The notes under the pieces were generated by a model, which did not search any database, was not told where the DNA came from, and saw only the letters and a list, made by a program, of their open reading frames with translations. This document shows, in pieces, positions 28,250 to 40,400 of a stretch of DNA of 64,000 bases (within the stretch, counting starts at the first letter, position 1; each line of letters begins with the position of its first letter). The translations under genes were made by a program, and so were the position numbers. Source of the DNA: Amphiscolops sp. MND2022 (lineage: Eukaryota); assembly GCA_964187785.1 (NCBI GenBank), contig OZ076409.1, forward strand, positions 47,742,001 through 47,806,000. Reading direction: 5' to 3'.

Positions 28250-31200
28250 TAATCCCCGATAACGATTGAAGCCCACTTCATTCTCGATGACAAGACTAAT
28301 CAGGGGAAATTTCTTTACAGAGCCGAGCTTAAATTATAAGCACCTCCGAGGAACTAATAACGATTCGAATCCATTCGCAAAAATGTTAATACAAAAAAAC
28401 CACGAAGCGAAAGTTAAGCCACGGATATTACAAGCAATCAGGAAAACGAAAACTATTGTTTGTGTAGGAGCGTACTGAGGACCATTCAGTGAGCATTTCT
28501 TAAAAATTTTTAAAGACGAACTCCGGTAACGTAACAACCAGATACTACGGAATATAAGAAGTGCCTCTCACGCTTATAACTCGAAGACAATGGCTCTTTT
28601 CAAAAAGTGTTAAACAAACTGAAAGTACCAAATGAAACTCAATCCAAAAGTCAAATAATAAAAAGTAAGTTCAGCAGACAGATGAAGAGAAAAGATTATA
28701 TTGTCTAGGTTGCCTAAGTATAAAAATCATCAGAGCCATTTCACACACACGTTAGACCTCGAGCGCTAGAGGACAAAAATGCCAAAATTTTCAGATCTTA
28801 GGTTTCAGATATTCTCATTTTCTTTAAAAACGAAAAATTTTAGTTTTACCAGCGGACTTTTGTGTACGTGGGATCGAGTCCTGTACAAACAAACTTTTTC
28901 TTTTCATCTATCACTATCAGATATCATGGATCATCGTCATCAATCAAGTGTCATGTGTATCATTATGTTGGGAGAAGATACACACCCGTGGTCTGCAACG
29001 AAAGCAGGAAACCCCATACCAGCCCCTATCCCAGTCGACCAATAAAAACAAAATTTTCAGAAAAAAGCTGCAATGATATACAGGTTTTGAAAATAATCAA
29101 ATATAAACTTATTAAATATATAAACTTGTTTAACTAATATAAACTTAATAAAGTTTGTGATAAAATGCATGCTGTACAAGGACGAGGACGTTTGCCTAGC
29201 AAAACCCACAAGTGTGAAAAATGTACAACCAGTGTGGCCGACAACTCTGATGCAGTTGTGCTCAAAGTGCGTGAACTGGATCCATCTGGCCTGCAGTGAC
29301 GTGACGAAAGAAGTATACCCCCGTCTCGGAAGAATCAAGGGATGCCTATGGTTCTGTGAGTCGGCTACGTGGAATCAGGTCTAATGAAATAGATCTAAGA
29401 GAGAGGGCAAAACTGAAATCTAAATAAATTGATCTAAATAATCAGGTCTAAAAATCTCTTCTAATTTGAGGAAAAAAATCAATTAGGATCTAAAACTAAA
29501 AAGTGATATAAAGTATAAAACGTGCCTCGGATATGTCCCCATTTCCTCTTGGGGCCGCATTTATTCCCATCTTGCTAAGCGAGGTCGAACAGGAGCAAAG
29601 ACATAGCGGGAACGGAGATCGCGAAGCGATCGTAGTGGGAGCTGGTCTTTGCGACGGTGAGGGCGAGCGTGCATACATCGCATATGCCCCACATTATATT
29701 TTCGCTTTCAGAACACACATTAGTTCATAAAGGGGTTAGACCTAAGTATTTTAGATAAAATTAGATCTGAGAGTTAGACCTAAGTTAGATCTAATTCCAT
29801 TAGACCCAAGCAATTAGATCAAAGGCGTACACTCCCTGTGAGTCCTACTTACAACTGGCCGAGGCATTCCGGACCCTTCGGCAAAAACATGCCGGCGGAC
29901 GTTTCGGCAAAAAAAAATATGCCGAAACGTCTCAGGCTAAAAACATTTGCCGAAACGTTTCGTATGATATGTGGGGCATATCCGGTGGGTGGGCGGAAAT
30001 AGGTCGAAGGAACGGGATCGAAAATCAGAGTTAGTCCTCAGGCCGACATACCAAATTTTTGAATGGGATCGAAACAACTCGGATCGAAATTTTTATAACG
30101 TAGTCAGATATGTTCACATACCCCTAGTGCCCTGAATGCTGGAGCGAAGCGAAGCGACGTGCCATATGGCCATGCCTCAATGTTGCTACTTGGCGAAGGG
30201 AGCGAAGGTCCAGTACCAAAAAATGGAGACCTCGCAGGAGTCATCTCACACAGCTGTGCCAAATGAAGGGACGAAGATACCCGCACGCCCAAAATTATCT
30301 CTAATCCCCGATAACGATTGAAGCCCACTTCATTCTCGATGACAATACCAATCAGGGGAAATTTCTTTACGGAGCCGAGCTTAAATTATAAGCACCTCCG
30401 AGGAACTAATAACGATTCGAATCCATTCGCAAAAATGTTAATACTAAAAAACCACGAAGCGAAAGTTAAGCCACGGATATTACAAGCAATCAGGAAAACG
30501 AAAACTATTGTTTGTGTAGGAGCGTACTGAGGACCATTCAGTGAGCATTTCTTAAAAATCTTAAAGACGAACTCCGGTAACGTAACAACCAGATACTACG
30601 GAATATAAGAAGTGCCTCTCACGCTTATAACTCGAAGACAATGGCTCTTTTCAAAAAGTGTTAAACAAACTGAAAGTACCAAATGAAACTCAATCCAAAA
30701 TTCAAATAATAAACAGTAAGTTCAGCAGACAGATGAAGAGAAAGGATTATATTGTCTAGGTTGCTTAAGTATAAAAATCATCAGAGCCATTTCACACACA
30801 CGTTAGACCTCGAGCGCTAGAGGACAAAAATGCCAAAATTTTCAGATCTTAGGTTTCAGATATTCTCATTTTCTTTAGAAACGAAAAATTTTAGTTTTAC
30901 CAGCGGACTTTTGTCCATTCCTCATCAGTTCTACCAGAACTTGAAGAACATTCACTCAATTCACATGCTGCTACTTGGCATTTAACGAGGAGTAAACTCG
31001 GTTTTCAATAGGTGAATGTGTTCCTCTGAGTGTACGTGGGATCGAGTCCTGTACAAACAAACTTTTTTCTTTTCATCTATCACTATCAGATATCATGGAT
31101 CATCGTCATCAATCAAGTGTCATGTGTATCATTATGTTGGGAGAAGATACACACCCGTGGTCTGCAACGAAAGCAGGAAACCCCATACCAGCCACTATCC

Positions 31201-31325
31201 CAGTCGACCAATAAAAACAAAATTTTCAGAAAAAAGCTGCAATGATATACAGGTTTTGAAAATAATCAAATATAAACTTATTAAATATATAAACTTGTTT
31301 AACTAATATAAACTTAATAAAGTTT

Positions 31326-31553
31326 GTGATAAAATGCATGCTGTACAAGGACGAGGACGTTTGCCTAGCAAAACCCACAAGTGTGAAAAATGTACAACCA
31401 GTGTGGCCGACAACTCTGATGCAGTTGTGCTCAAAGTGCGTGAACTGGATCCATCTGGCCTGCAGTGACGTGACGAAAGAAGTATACCCCCGTCTCGGAA
31501 GAATCAAGGGATGCTTACGGTTCTGTGAGTCGGCTACGTGGAATCAGGTCTAA
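31326..31553 (+). pseudogene. PHD-finger remnant, probably ORF1 of an old CR1/L2 LINE (second copy at 29157-29384)
   Basis: CSKCVNWIHLACSDV..WFC / RFC spacing matches the second half of a PHD finger; co-linear with ORF1/endonuclease remnants at 33562-34546. Confidence 0.55.
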
Positions 31554-31684
31554 TGAAATAGATCTAAGAGAGAGGGCAAAACTGAAATCTAAATAAATTG
31601 ATCTAAATAATCAGGTCTAAAAATCTCTTCTAATTTGAGGAAAAAAATCAATTAGGATCTAAAACTAAAAAGTGATATAAAGTA

Positions 31685-33560
31685 TAAAACGTGCCTCGGA
31701 TATGTCCCCATTTCCTCTTGGGGCCGCATTTATTCCCATCTTGCTAAGCGAGGTCGAACAGGAGCAAAGACCTAGTGGGAACGGAGATCGCGAAGCGATC
31801 GTAGTGGGAGCTGGTCTTTGCGACGGTGAGGGCGAGCGTGCATACATCGCATATGCCCCACATTATATTTTCGCTTTCAGAACACACATTAGTTCATAAA
31901 GGGGTTAGACCTAAGTATTTTAGATAAAATTAGATCTGAGAGTTAGACCTAAGTTAGATCTAATTCCATTAGACCCAAGCAATTAGATCAAAGGCGTACA
32001 CTCCCTGTGAGTCCTACTTACAACTGGCCGAGGCATTCCGGACCCTTCGGCAAAAACATGCCGGCGGACGTTTCGGCAAAAAAACATGCCGAAACGTCTC
32101 AGGCTAAAAACATTTGCCGAAACGTTTCGTATGATATGTGGGGCATATTCGGTGGGTGGGCGGAAATAGGTCGAAGGAACGGGATCGAAAATCAGAGTTA
32201 GTCCTCAGGTCGACATACCAAAGTTTTTGAATGGGATCGAAACAACTCGGATCGAAATTTTTTCAACGTAATCAGATATGTTCACATATCCCTAGTGCCC
32301 TGAATGCAGGAGCGAAGCGGAGCGACGTGCCACATGGCCATGCCTCAATGTTGCTACTTGGCGAAGGGAGCGAAGCGACCGAGCCATACAACAAATACGA
32401 TAAAATTCGACCGCATTCCATTCGATCTCTGCAATTCGATCAAAAGGTTCGACCTCTGTCCTTTCGACCAGAAAAATTCGACCTATTTACAGCCACCCGC
32501 TTAGCAAGATGGGAATATAAGCGGCCCCAAGGGGCCGCGGGGCACTAGAGGAAATGGGGACATATATGGGGCACGTTTCATACTAAAGAAAACTACAGAT
32601 TATTCTTCTTGTTGCCGAAACGTCTTTGGTGCCGAAACGTCTTCACATCAGGTGAAAGACGTTTCGGCAACATTTTGTTGCCGAAACGTCTTCCGCCATC
32701 TTGTTGCCGAAACGTCTTGTGCCGAAACGTCTTGTTCCCATCAAAAGGTTCGACCTCTGTCCTTTTGACCAGAAAATTTCCACCTATTTACAGCCAGCCA
32801 TATCCGGTGTATGCACGCTCGCCCTCACCGTCGCAAAGACCAGCTCCGACTACGATCGCTCCGCGATCTCCGTTCCCGCTAGGTCTTTACTCCTGTTCGA
32901 CCTCGCTTAGCAAGATGGGAATATAAGCGGCCCCAAGGGGCCGCTGGGCACTAGAAGAAATGGGGACATATCCGAGGCACGTTTTATGCTTTGCATCATC
33001 CTATATTAATGGTCTTATCGTTTTTCTACAAAATTCCGGAATTCTACAAACTGGTGTTCTACAGACTGGACCTAACCAGTTTGGGACAGGGACGTTTCGT
33101 CACCAACCAGTTGGGCGACAAAATTTTCAGCCCTTTTCGGCGACAATAATGTTGCCCAAATGTCCCGTCGACTAAATGGCCAAATATGTTCACATACCCC
33201 TAGTGCCCTATATGCAGGAGCGAAGCGAAGAGGAGCGACGTGCCAATGGCCATGCCTCAATGTTGCTACTTGGCGAAGGGAGCGAAGCGACCGAGCCATA
33301 CAACAAAGATGCTAACCTCTTCAAATATATCAGTTAACTGATCAATTTGATCAACCCATTTGGTCGACACTTTTGTCGCCCATGTGACCGACGCCATTTT
33401 ATCGCCCAAATGGCTGGTGACCAATTGTCCCTGACACACCACTTTGTAGAAAACCAAAAACAAAACCAAGATAATACGGGACGTTTCGGCATGAAAAATT
33501 TGCCAAAACGTCTCGAGTTTTTTTTGCGGAAACGTCTTTGCCGAAACGTCCTGTTCCCCC
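31685..33560. repeat. Nest of MITE-like and short dispersed repeats
   Basis: ~170-bp inverted pair 31685-31847 / 32808-32987; many GCCGAAACGTC subrepeats; TIR-like GGGACAGGGACGTTTCG (33083) and CCGAAACGTCCTGTTCCCC (33541); ~125-bp repeat at 32273 and 33181. Confidence 0.6.
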
Positions 33561-33561
33561 C

Positions 33562-34546
33562 GTCGAGTATGATCTACAACAACCAGGTGTGACCAAACCT
33601 TTTATTGATTCCCTTCAGGAATGTACTGATTCGACTGTCGGAGCATCTATAAAGCCTCATGATAAGATAAAACAATTATCAAGCAACATGTCAGAGTGCA
33701 AAGAAGAAATTGCGAAAAATCAAATCCAAGCGCCGGAAAAATCATTCATCAACATTTTTTCCAGAAAGAAGATACTAGTTTACAAACAAAAAATTGACGG
33801 TATGCCCGAAGCAGATAAAGAGCATAAACAAGTTTTAAACTACGAAGAACAAAAAGTGGACGGTATCATGAAAATCCTCAAAAAATATCCAACTCTGAGC
33901 GGAATCCGACGTATTGGAAAATTTGATTCGCTCAAGGAGCGACCAAGGTCGTTGATGTGGAGCTCAGTAACACATGGGATGTCAGAAGATTAGCAAAGCC
34001 AGATGAACTCAAAACTGCTAACGAAGGAAATAATGGATGGCGAACTTCATTCCACCCAAAATAGCCTAATACGTGAGCGGAAAAAGAAAGCAAACTCAAC
34101 ACAATCGCACATGGTGGAGTTCAATTGGAGTTCACAAAGATCTCAAATATTCCCGTTCCCATTACCCACTGAAGTACAAACCTCAAGTGCGGCTGTAGCG
34201 TTATTAAAAGTGCAGTAATAATAGTGTTTCTTTTTTCGAATCGATAATAAACAGGCAGTCGATTCCATTTTGATAACGAGGCATTTCAATATGAAGAAAA
34301 CCAATCGGGTTTCTATGACCTCGAGTGACGTGTATGAATACAAGATCTTGTATGAAGTAGATATATTCAATCTTACAGAAGTAATAGACTTCCTCATCGA
34401 CAAGCGGAACACTTTGGACTTTGTGCTTGTCAACAACCCTGACTATGTAGACGCTCCACGAGTTTATCGCAAGTTTTTGAACTCTTGTGTGAAATCATTT
34501 CTTTTTCCCATATTTTTCACAGCTTGTTTGCCATCTACTCGACATG
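33562..34546 (+). pseudogene. Old LINE ORF1 / endonuclease remnant, 5' part of the element interrupted by the Gypsy
   Basis: IDGMPE..IRRIGKFD..RPRSLM (ORF1-like), HFNM..NTLDFVLVNNP (APE C-terminal motif). Confidence 0.6.
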
Positions 34547-34551
34547 ATTAC

Positions 34552-36303
34552 TGTCGCAGGCTGCCGCCTGTGATGGCACATTAATAACGACGTCGGCGGA
34601 AAATCAAGAAATCATCCCGGGTACCCTACCCACGTTTTAAACTTTCCCTTGCTGAAACTTATATTTATTTGTTAATCACATTCATTTTTGTTTATTCAAG
34701 TGCATTTTATATAAGTGTTCGTGATATTAGTCTGTTAAAATTACGATTTGGAACTATCCAAATCAGGTTGTGATTTGAGATGTGTAAAAGGAAGTTTGTT
34801 GTATTACAAATAGAGTGTTGAAATTAATCAAAGCGGTAACGTACAATAAGCAGGTTGATCGCGAGAAGGAAACGTGTTCAAGTAAGAAAACGTCCCTTCT
34901 CGGCGATGTAACTTTCAGTACAATTATTAGCCAATCAGAGCTCTCCTTTTGCTAATTATGAGTGCTTTATTTATGATGGCCGGATATGGCTAATTGACTA
35001 AGCGGTGCTAATTTATATCAGTCCCCCAGTCAAATGGACGGCTTCGGCCAATTCGAGCATAATGATACTTTGTTGCCTAATTGGATCAATACTTACGCGG
35101 AGTTATTAGAATCATGTTTTTAGTTTAAATAAATACGTTTGTGATGTTTTGATGTTTGTATACCTTTAACTTGGATAAAGGGACGGTTAAGGCCTTTTAC
35201 CATGTCTTTCATATGCGCAGTACATGTTATGGATTTGGGCCTATTCCGGCCCTGATATGCGAGTGTATTTTCGTGAATATCGATGCAGTATTAGGATTCC
35301 ACACATAGTAATACATTCCGTTTTCAGCTTTATTTGCAGTAAACTTGTGCCGGCACGTGCCTTCAATTTACATCACAATAAAATATGTAAGTTGTGGTAT
35401 TTGTTTACATCACACTTGAAGTAGGTCTAACCGACAAATTGTTTGAAGTTGCTACTTAAAATGATGACTCCGAATACCATTCCTAAAATGTCCCCCGGAA
35501 ATATGTAGTTGTCGGGGATTTTCCTATGATGATTGTAAAATCCTATGATTTGTCTTGATCAAAGTATGTAAAAAATGTGTGTGTCATCCTTTCAGGGGTA
35601 TAAATACCCATACCCCTGCAGGAAGACTCATACTTTGTACTTCTCCCCATTTGATAAAGACGTTCACAATACAAACGGTTTCACTGTTAATTTTCCGGAA
35701 TTGATAATTCTAGTCTTGAACCCGGTTCAGTCTTAATGCCTACTACAAGAAAGCAAAAGAAAGCAAGAAAATCTAGAGGATTAGAAATTCTCTCTGACAT
35801 TGAAAACCTTGACATAATGTTAGGTGAAAATCACTTCAATGATACGAGGAGAGACGAAAGTCTCGATGGAAATTCCATTAGAAGGCAAGAAAGTATTATA
35901 AGTAATAACTTGGAAAATGAGGAAATGGATCTCCATTCTGACCATAGAAATCTTGGAGTTGGGACTAGTACCGGGTACGACCGAAATTCAGCAAGTATAG
36001 ATTCTCAAGCTGATATCAATAAGTTGACGAGTGAATTGAACTCTAGAATATCTAGAGAAATGGATGTAATGATGGACAGTGTTAGTTCTCAGATTCAGAG
36101 AGCCATAAGTGACGCTATAAATAATCAGGTTTTGCCCCAAATTCAAAACGTCATTATGGCCGGTTCAGGACAGGAGACTAGAAGGGGATGGGAGAGATCT
36201 GACGAGAGACCGGAAAGTTATTCCGAAGTTCAGTACAACGCGAAAACTAGAACTACCCTCAATAATGAACACGGTGATAAACCACACCGTTATGTTCATG
36301 ACA
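34552..36303 (+). repeat. 5' LTR (1752 bp)
   Basis: TGTCGCAGG...TTCATGACA; matches 55052-56804 at roughly 98% by manual comparison. Confidence 0.95.
35593..35635 (+). promoter_or_regulatory. LTR core promoter (TATA box and Inr-like site)
   Basis: TATAAATA at 35599-35606 between inverted CAGGGGTA/TACCCCTG; TCATACT ~29 nt downstream; AGCCAATCAG CCAAT box at 34929. Confidence 0.6.
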
Positions 36304-37429
36304 TGGTGACAAGAGACAACGAATCTCCAAATCAAGTTCCTGAGTTTCTCACAGGACGAATCTCATCCAGAAATCACCTCGACAGGTCCTTTGAGGACAT
36401 CAACCTTGACACGACGATCCCAGCACAAGAGAGAATCACTACGGCTGCTGACTCTGACCCCAACACTCGACTGGCAGACGTCTTGACTACAATGCAGAAT
36501 AGACCGACAGCCCAACAACTTACCATACGCCCAGTCAACTCAAATACCATGACATTCGATGGCAAAAGCGAAAAATTCGAGCTGTTCGAAGACCTATTTC
36601 ACACTATGATCAAGATGCAGCCAGAAATGACTGAGCAAATGAAGATCAACCACCTCCACTCTTTATTGAGGAAGAATGCTCTTCAGACATTCAGAAATAT
36701 CAGCTCAAGCAACCGACAAACTCTAGAGGACGTATTAGTCATTTTTAGACGAAAATACGTCAAGCCCGAGTCACAGGCGACTGCCAAACATAAATGGCAC
36801 CGTCTGGTCTTCGATCCCAATACGATGAAACTGCCTGATTTTCTCGAAGAATTAAACCAGGGAGCCGAGAAGGCGTTTGGTGATCATGCGCAGAAAATGA
36901 TTGACAGCTTGCTTTATGCAAAACTGCCACCAAAACTGAAGCGGTCCGTCAACATGGCCAGATTAGAAAATGGCTCCTACGATGAGATAGTTGCTCATTT
37001 GGAGAGAGAATTAGAGCTTAACGCCCTCGAGGAGTCAGATGACCTACCAATGGCCACAATGACCTCCTCGACTACAAAATCTAAAACTCCTCTGTCAACT
37101 GGGCAAATGTCAGACATTACTTGCAATTACTGCAAGGCAAGGGCCACATGGTCAAGGACTGCGAAAAACTGAAAAAGAAAAAAGAAAAAGATGCCCAACA
37201 AAGCAAGTCGACGCTGAAGAAAACATATCCGGAGTGTGGCACTTGTGGGAAAAAGAACCACCCGGAGGAGAGATGTTGGCAAGGTGCTGGTGCACATCTT
37301 AAACCCAAGCGCACTAGACCTGAGGACTCAACTGACAAAAAGCCCAATCCCAAGGCTCAGAAACCTCAGACCAAACCGACATCATCGGGCTCCCAATCCT
37401 CATATTCTAATGATGAGTCAAAAAACTAA
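35736..37429 (+). CDS. gag: Gag with two CCHC knuckles; one 1-nt frameshift near 37137
   Basis: ORFs 35736-37172 and 37121-37429 join at CNYCK/GKGHMVKDC; second knuckle CGTCGKKNHPEERC; capsid-like TFDGKSEKFELFEDLF region. Confidence 0.88.
36304..36318 (+). promoter_or_regulatory. Putative primer-binding site
   Basis: TGGTGACAAGAG directly after the LTR-terminal CA; TGG pairs with tRNA CCA; cognate tRNA not identified. Confidence 0.6.
37420..37426 (+). promoter_or_regulatory. -1 ribosomal frameshift slippery site (gag-pol)
   Basis: A AAA AAC immediately before the gag TAA; the -1 frame is open from here into pol. Confidence 0.8.
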
Positions 37430-40400
37430 CTTCGCCACGACTCCAATATAACGAATTAATATCTGTCCGACAATACATCAGATCGGACCCTCCAATGCAG
37501 ACGTTCCACCAATACAATCAGCAATTGATGGGCTATCCCTCTGTTGTCTGGCAGCAGCAGATGGAAAAAGCTACCATCATCACCTTCAATAACACCCATT
37601 TGTTCCAGAAACCAATTCCTGTTTGGGACCCTGATTACACCACCACCTTCACTACCCGGTTCAGGCCCATTCCCCTGATCGATGATTACAATCCAACATA
37701 CATCGATCCAGACTACAACAGAGATCCCTACTGGGACACCGAGCTTTACAACCAAGATTCACTACAATTTCAATATGTCCTGGACGATATTGAACACTAT
37801 AATAGAACAGTCCACGAGAACCCTCCAATTACCCATAACAAGAAAACAAGAGCGCTAATTGAAAACTGGCAAATGAATGATGGCACAAACCATCCAGTGT
37901 TCCCAAACCCATTGGGGACCGAGACCCATGACAGCAATGCTGAACCCATACCACAATCATTGATAGACGAAAAACAGTTCCAAAATGTCTTAATCACTAG
38001 AGACGGTGAACCAGACTGTATACCCCTGTCAACCAACGTCAACCTCAAATGCAAAAAACGCATGTTGTATTTCCCAATGGACTTTGGGGAATTGACCATT
38101 GACGGACTCATTGACACTGGAGCGCTGTCCAGTGCAATTCCTGAAATGGACCTCCGGAAAATTCGACTTTTATCTCCACAATCCGTTATCCGGGAATGTC
38201 CGCCTCCGAACTTCCAAATCATGGTCGCTAATGGGCAACTGGAAACTCCTAAGAGTACCATAGAGCTCAAATTCGAAGTTGGTGACATTGAGTTCCATGA
38301 AATCTTCATAGTGATGGAACATCTGACAGGTCCGATCATTGGACTAATGTTCCTTCAAAGAAACCATACAGTTCTGGACATGAGACAAGGGATACTGAAT
38401 TTCCCGTTCTTTTCGATGCAGCTCAAAACGGCTGACCATAAATACTCAAATGTATTAGAACCAATTCTCAATCCTACTGAGATAACTATTCCGCCAAATG
38501 ATAAAGTCCTAATTAAGACCAATTCCCTACTCTACCCTGAGAATGCTGTCACTGGAATTCTGCAACCGAGCGACCTTCTACATGAAGAAGGCGACATCAC
38601 CTTTTGCCCAGCTTTGGTCACTCTGAATGATGGCAATATATTGATACCAGTGAACAATTTCACAGAACACCCCTATAAACTCAAAAAGGGACTACATATT
38701 GCCAATTTCTCCGTCATGACGCCAGAACAGATGAAGTATGTCAAACCGGTAGATCCGGCATCAACCTGGCACCTGTTGCAGAATGACCAGGAGCAAGCAG
38801 CCCATTACGTCAGCAGTCTCATCAAGACCAATAGAAATCCGCAAAACTCTGAAAATTATTGGTTCCCAACTCCAGAAAATCCTGGAAATCCGGAGGAACA
38901 CACACCTATACAAAAACGAATCCTACGCGAGTTACAGGCCCTACAGGACCTGGAGACACTCGACCCCACTACAGATGCAGAATCGCGTGCAAAATTCTTA
39001 GAAAACTTTGACTGGAAAGATTCCACACTTACTCCTGAAGAGAAGGAGAAAATTGAGGAATTGTTAGTGGAATTCCATGACATCTTTGCACGACACCGCT
39101 TTGATATAGGCATGAACGAGGTATTCAAGGTGAAACTGACGCCTAAGGACGATTCCCCAGCCTATAGTCAAAACCTTCCAGTTCCTATCAACTTGAAGGA
39201 GGACATCCTAGTCGAATTAGCCAGGTTACACAAATATGGCATAATAACCACACTGCCATTCTCGAAATATGCAAGTCCAATATTCGCACAAAAGAAGCCG
39301 AATGGGAAACTCCGACTCTTGGTTGACTTGAGAAAAATCAACAACCCCATCTCGGATGATTATATCAACAATAATCACCCCGTCAGTACACTAGTTGATG
39401 CTGCCCAACACTTGGCAGGCAAAAAACTGTTCTGTAAATTAGACTGCTCGCAGGCATACCACTGCCTACCAATGGCTGACCAACGTTCAATCGAAATGTT
39501 GGCTTTCAATTTTGCCAGTCGCACATTCGCTTACAGACGTTTGGCACAAGGCCTTAGTCGGTCACTATCCGCATTCTCGAGTTTTATTAGAGAATACCTT
39601 GACAAAGTCATTAAAGCGGATCAGTGTGCCCAGTATGTGGACGATATCGGCATTGCAGCCAATGATGTTGACCACCTCATGATGAACCTGAGAGCTACGT
39701 TCAAATGCATTCAGGAAGAAGGCCTTAAGTTAACAATGCACAAATGTCACTTCGGTGCAAAAGAAATTGATTTTCTCGGACGGACTATTACCCCACAAGG
39801 CGTCAAACCCCAGAAACAGAATGTGCACAACTTTCTGGAAAAGACTAAATTCTCGAAGTCGAAAAAGGCTTTACAGCGCTATTTGCGATTCCTAAACTAC
39901 TACAGGAATTATGTCCCAAGACTCTCCGAACGCCTTGCTCCATTCTACAAGATGCTCAAAAGTGACGAAAAGGTCCTAGTATCGAAAGAATTAGTCCAAC
40001 AATTCGAAGAAATCAATAGAGCACTAGACAAATGTTGCGACTTGGCCCTACAGCAACCCATTCCGAACAAGCAAATAGCACTAATGACTGATGCAAGTTT
40101 TGGTGCAGCCGGGTACGCGGTCCTAATCGAAGACGACCCAAGCCAGAAATTTACGTCACTCAGAAAAGCGTATGCACCAGTCGCTTATGGATCAAAAACT
40201 TTCACCCCAGCACAGATCAAAATGTCATATTATGCCAAATAATTCCTTGCAATTTATTTTGCATTCAAAGAATTCGGACATATTTTCTGGGGTGCGCCGA
40301 AACCGGTCATCATCCTTACAGACAACAAAGCTGTCACGAGATTTTTTCAAACAAAAATAATACCCCCAGCCCTGTGGAACGCGTGTGATTATGTCATTCA

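Larger units (their letters stand above)
25382..32375 (+). repeat. Tandem duplication, unit ~2168 bp (copy 1: 25382-25488 plus 28256-30200; copy 2: 30201-32368)
   Basis: Near-identical sequence and paired ORFs (29057/31226, 29533/31702); AGCGAAG at all three junctions (25382, 30201, 32369). Confidence 0.92.

Noticed and set aside
37121..37172. Programmed frameshift within the gag zinc knuckle
   Set aside because: No slippery heptamer there; a 1-nt deletion explains it, and the real slippery site is at 37420
40240..40242. Programmed stop readthrough in pol
   Set aside because: TAA falls where the conserved RNase H Glu (K-E-F-L-A) is expected; a GAA>TAA nonsense mutation is simpler
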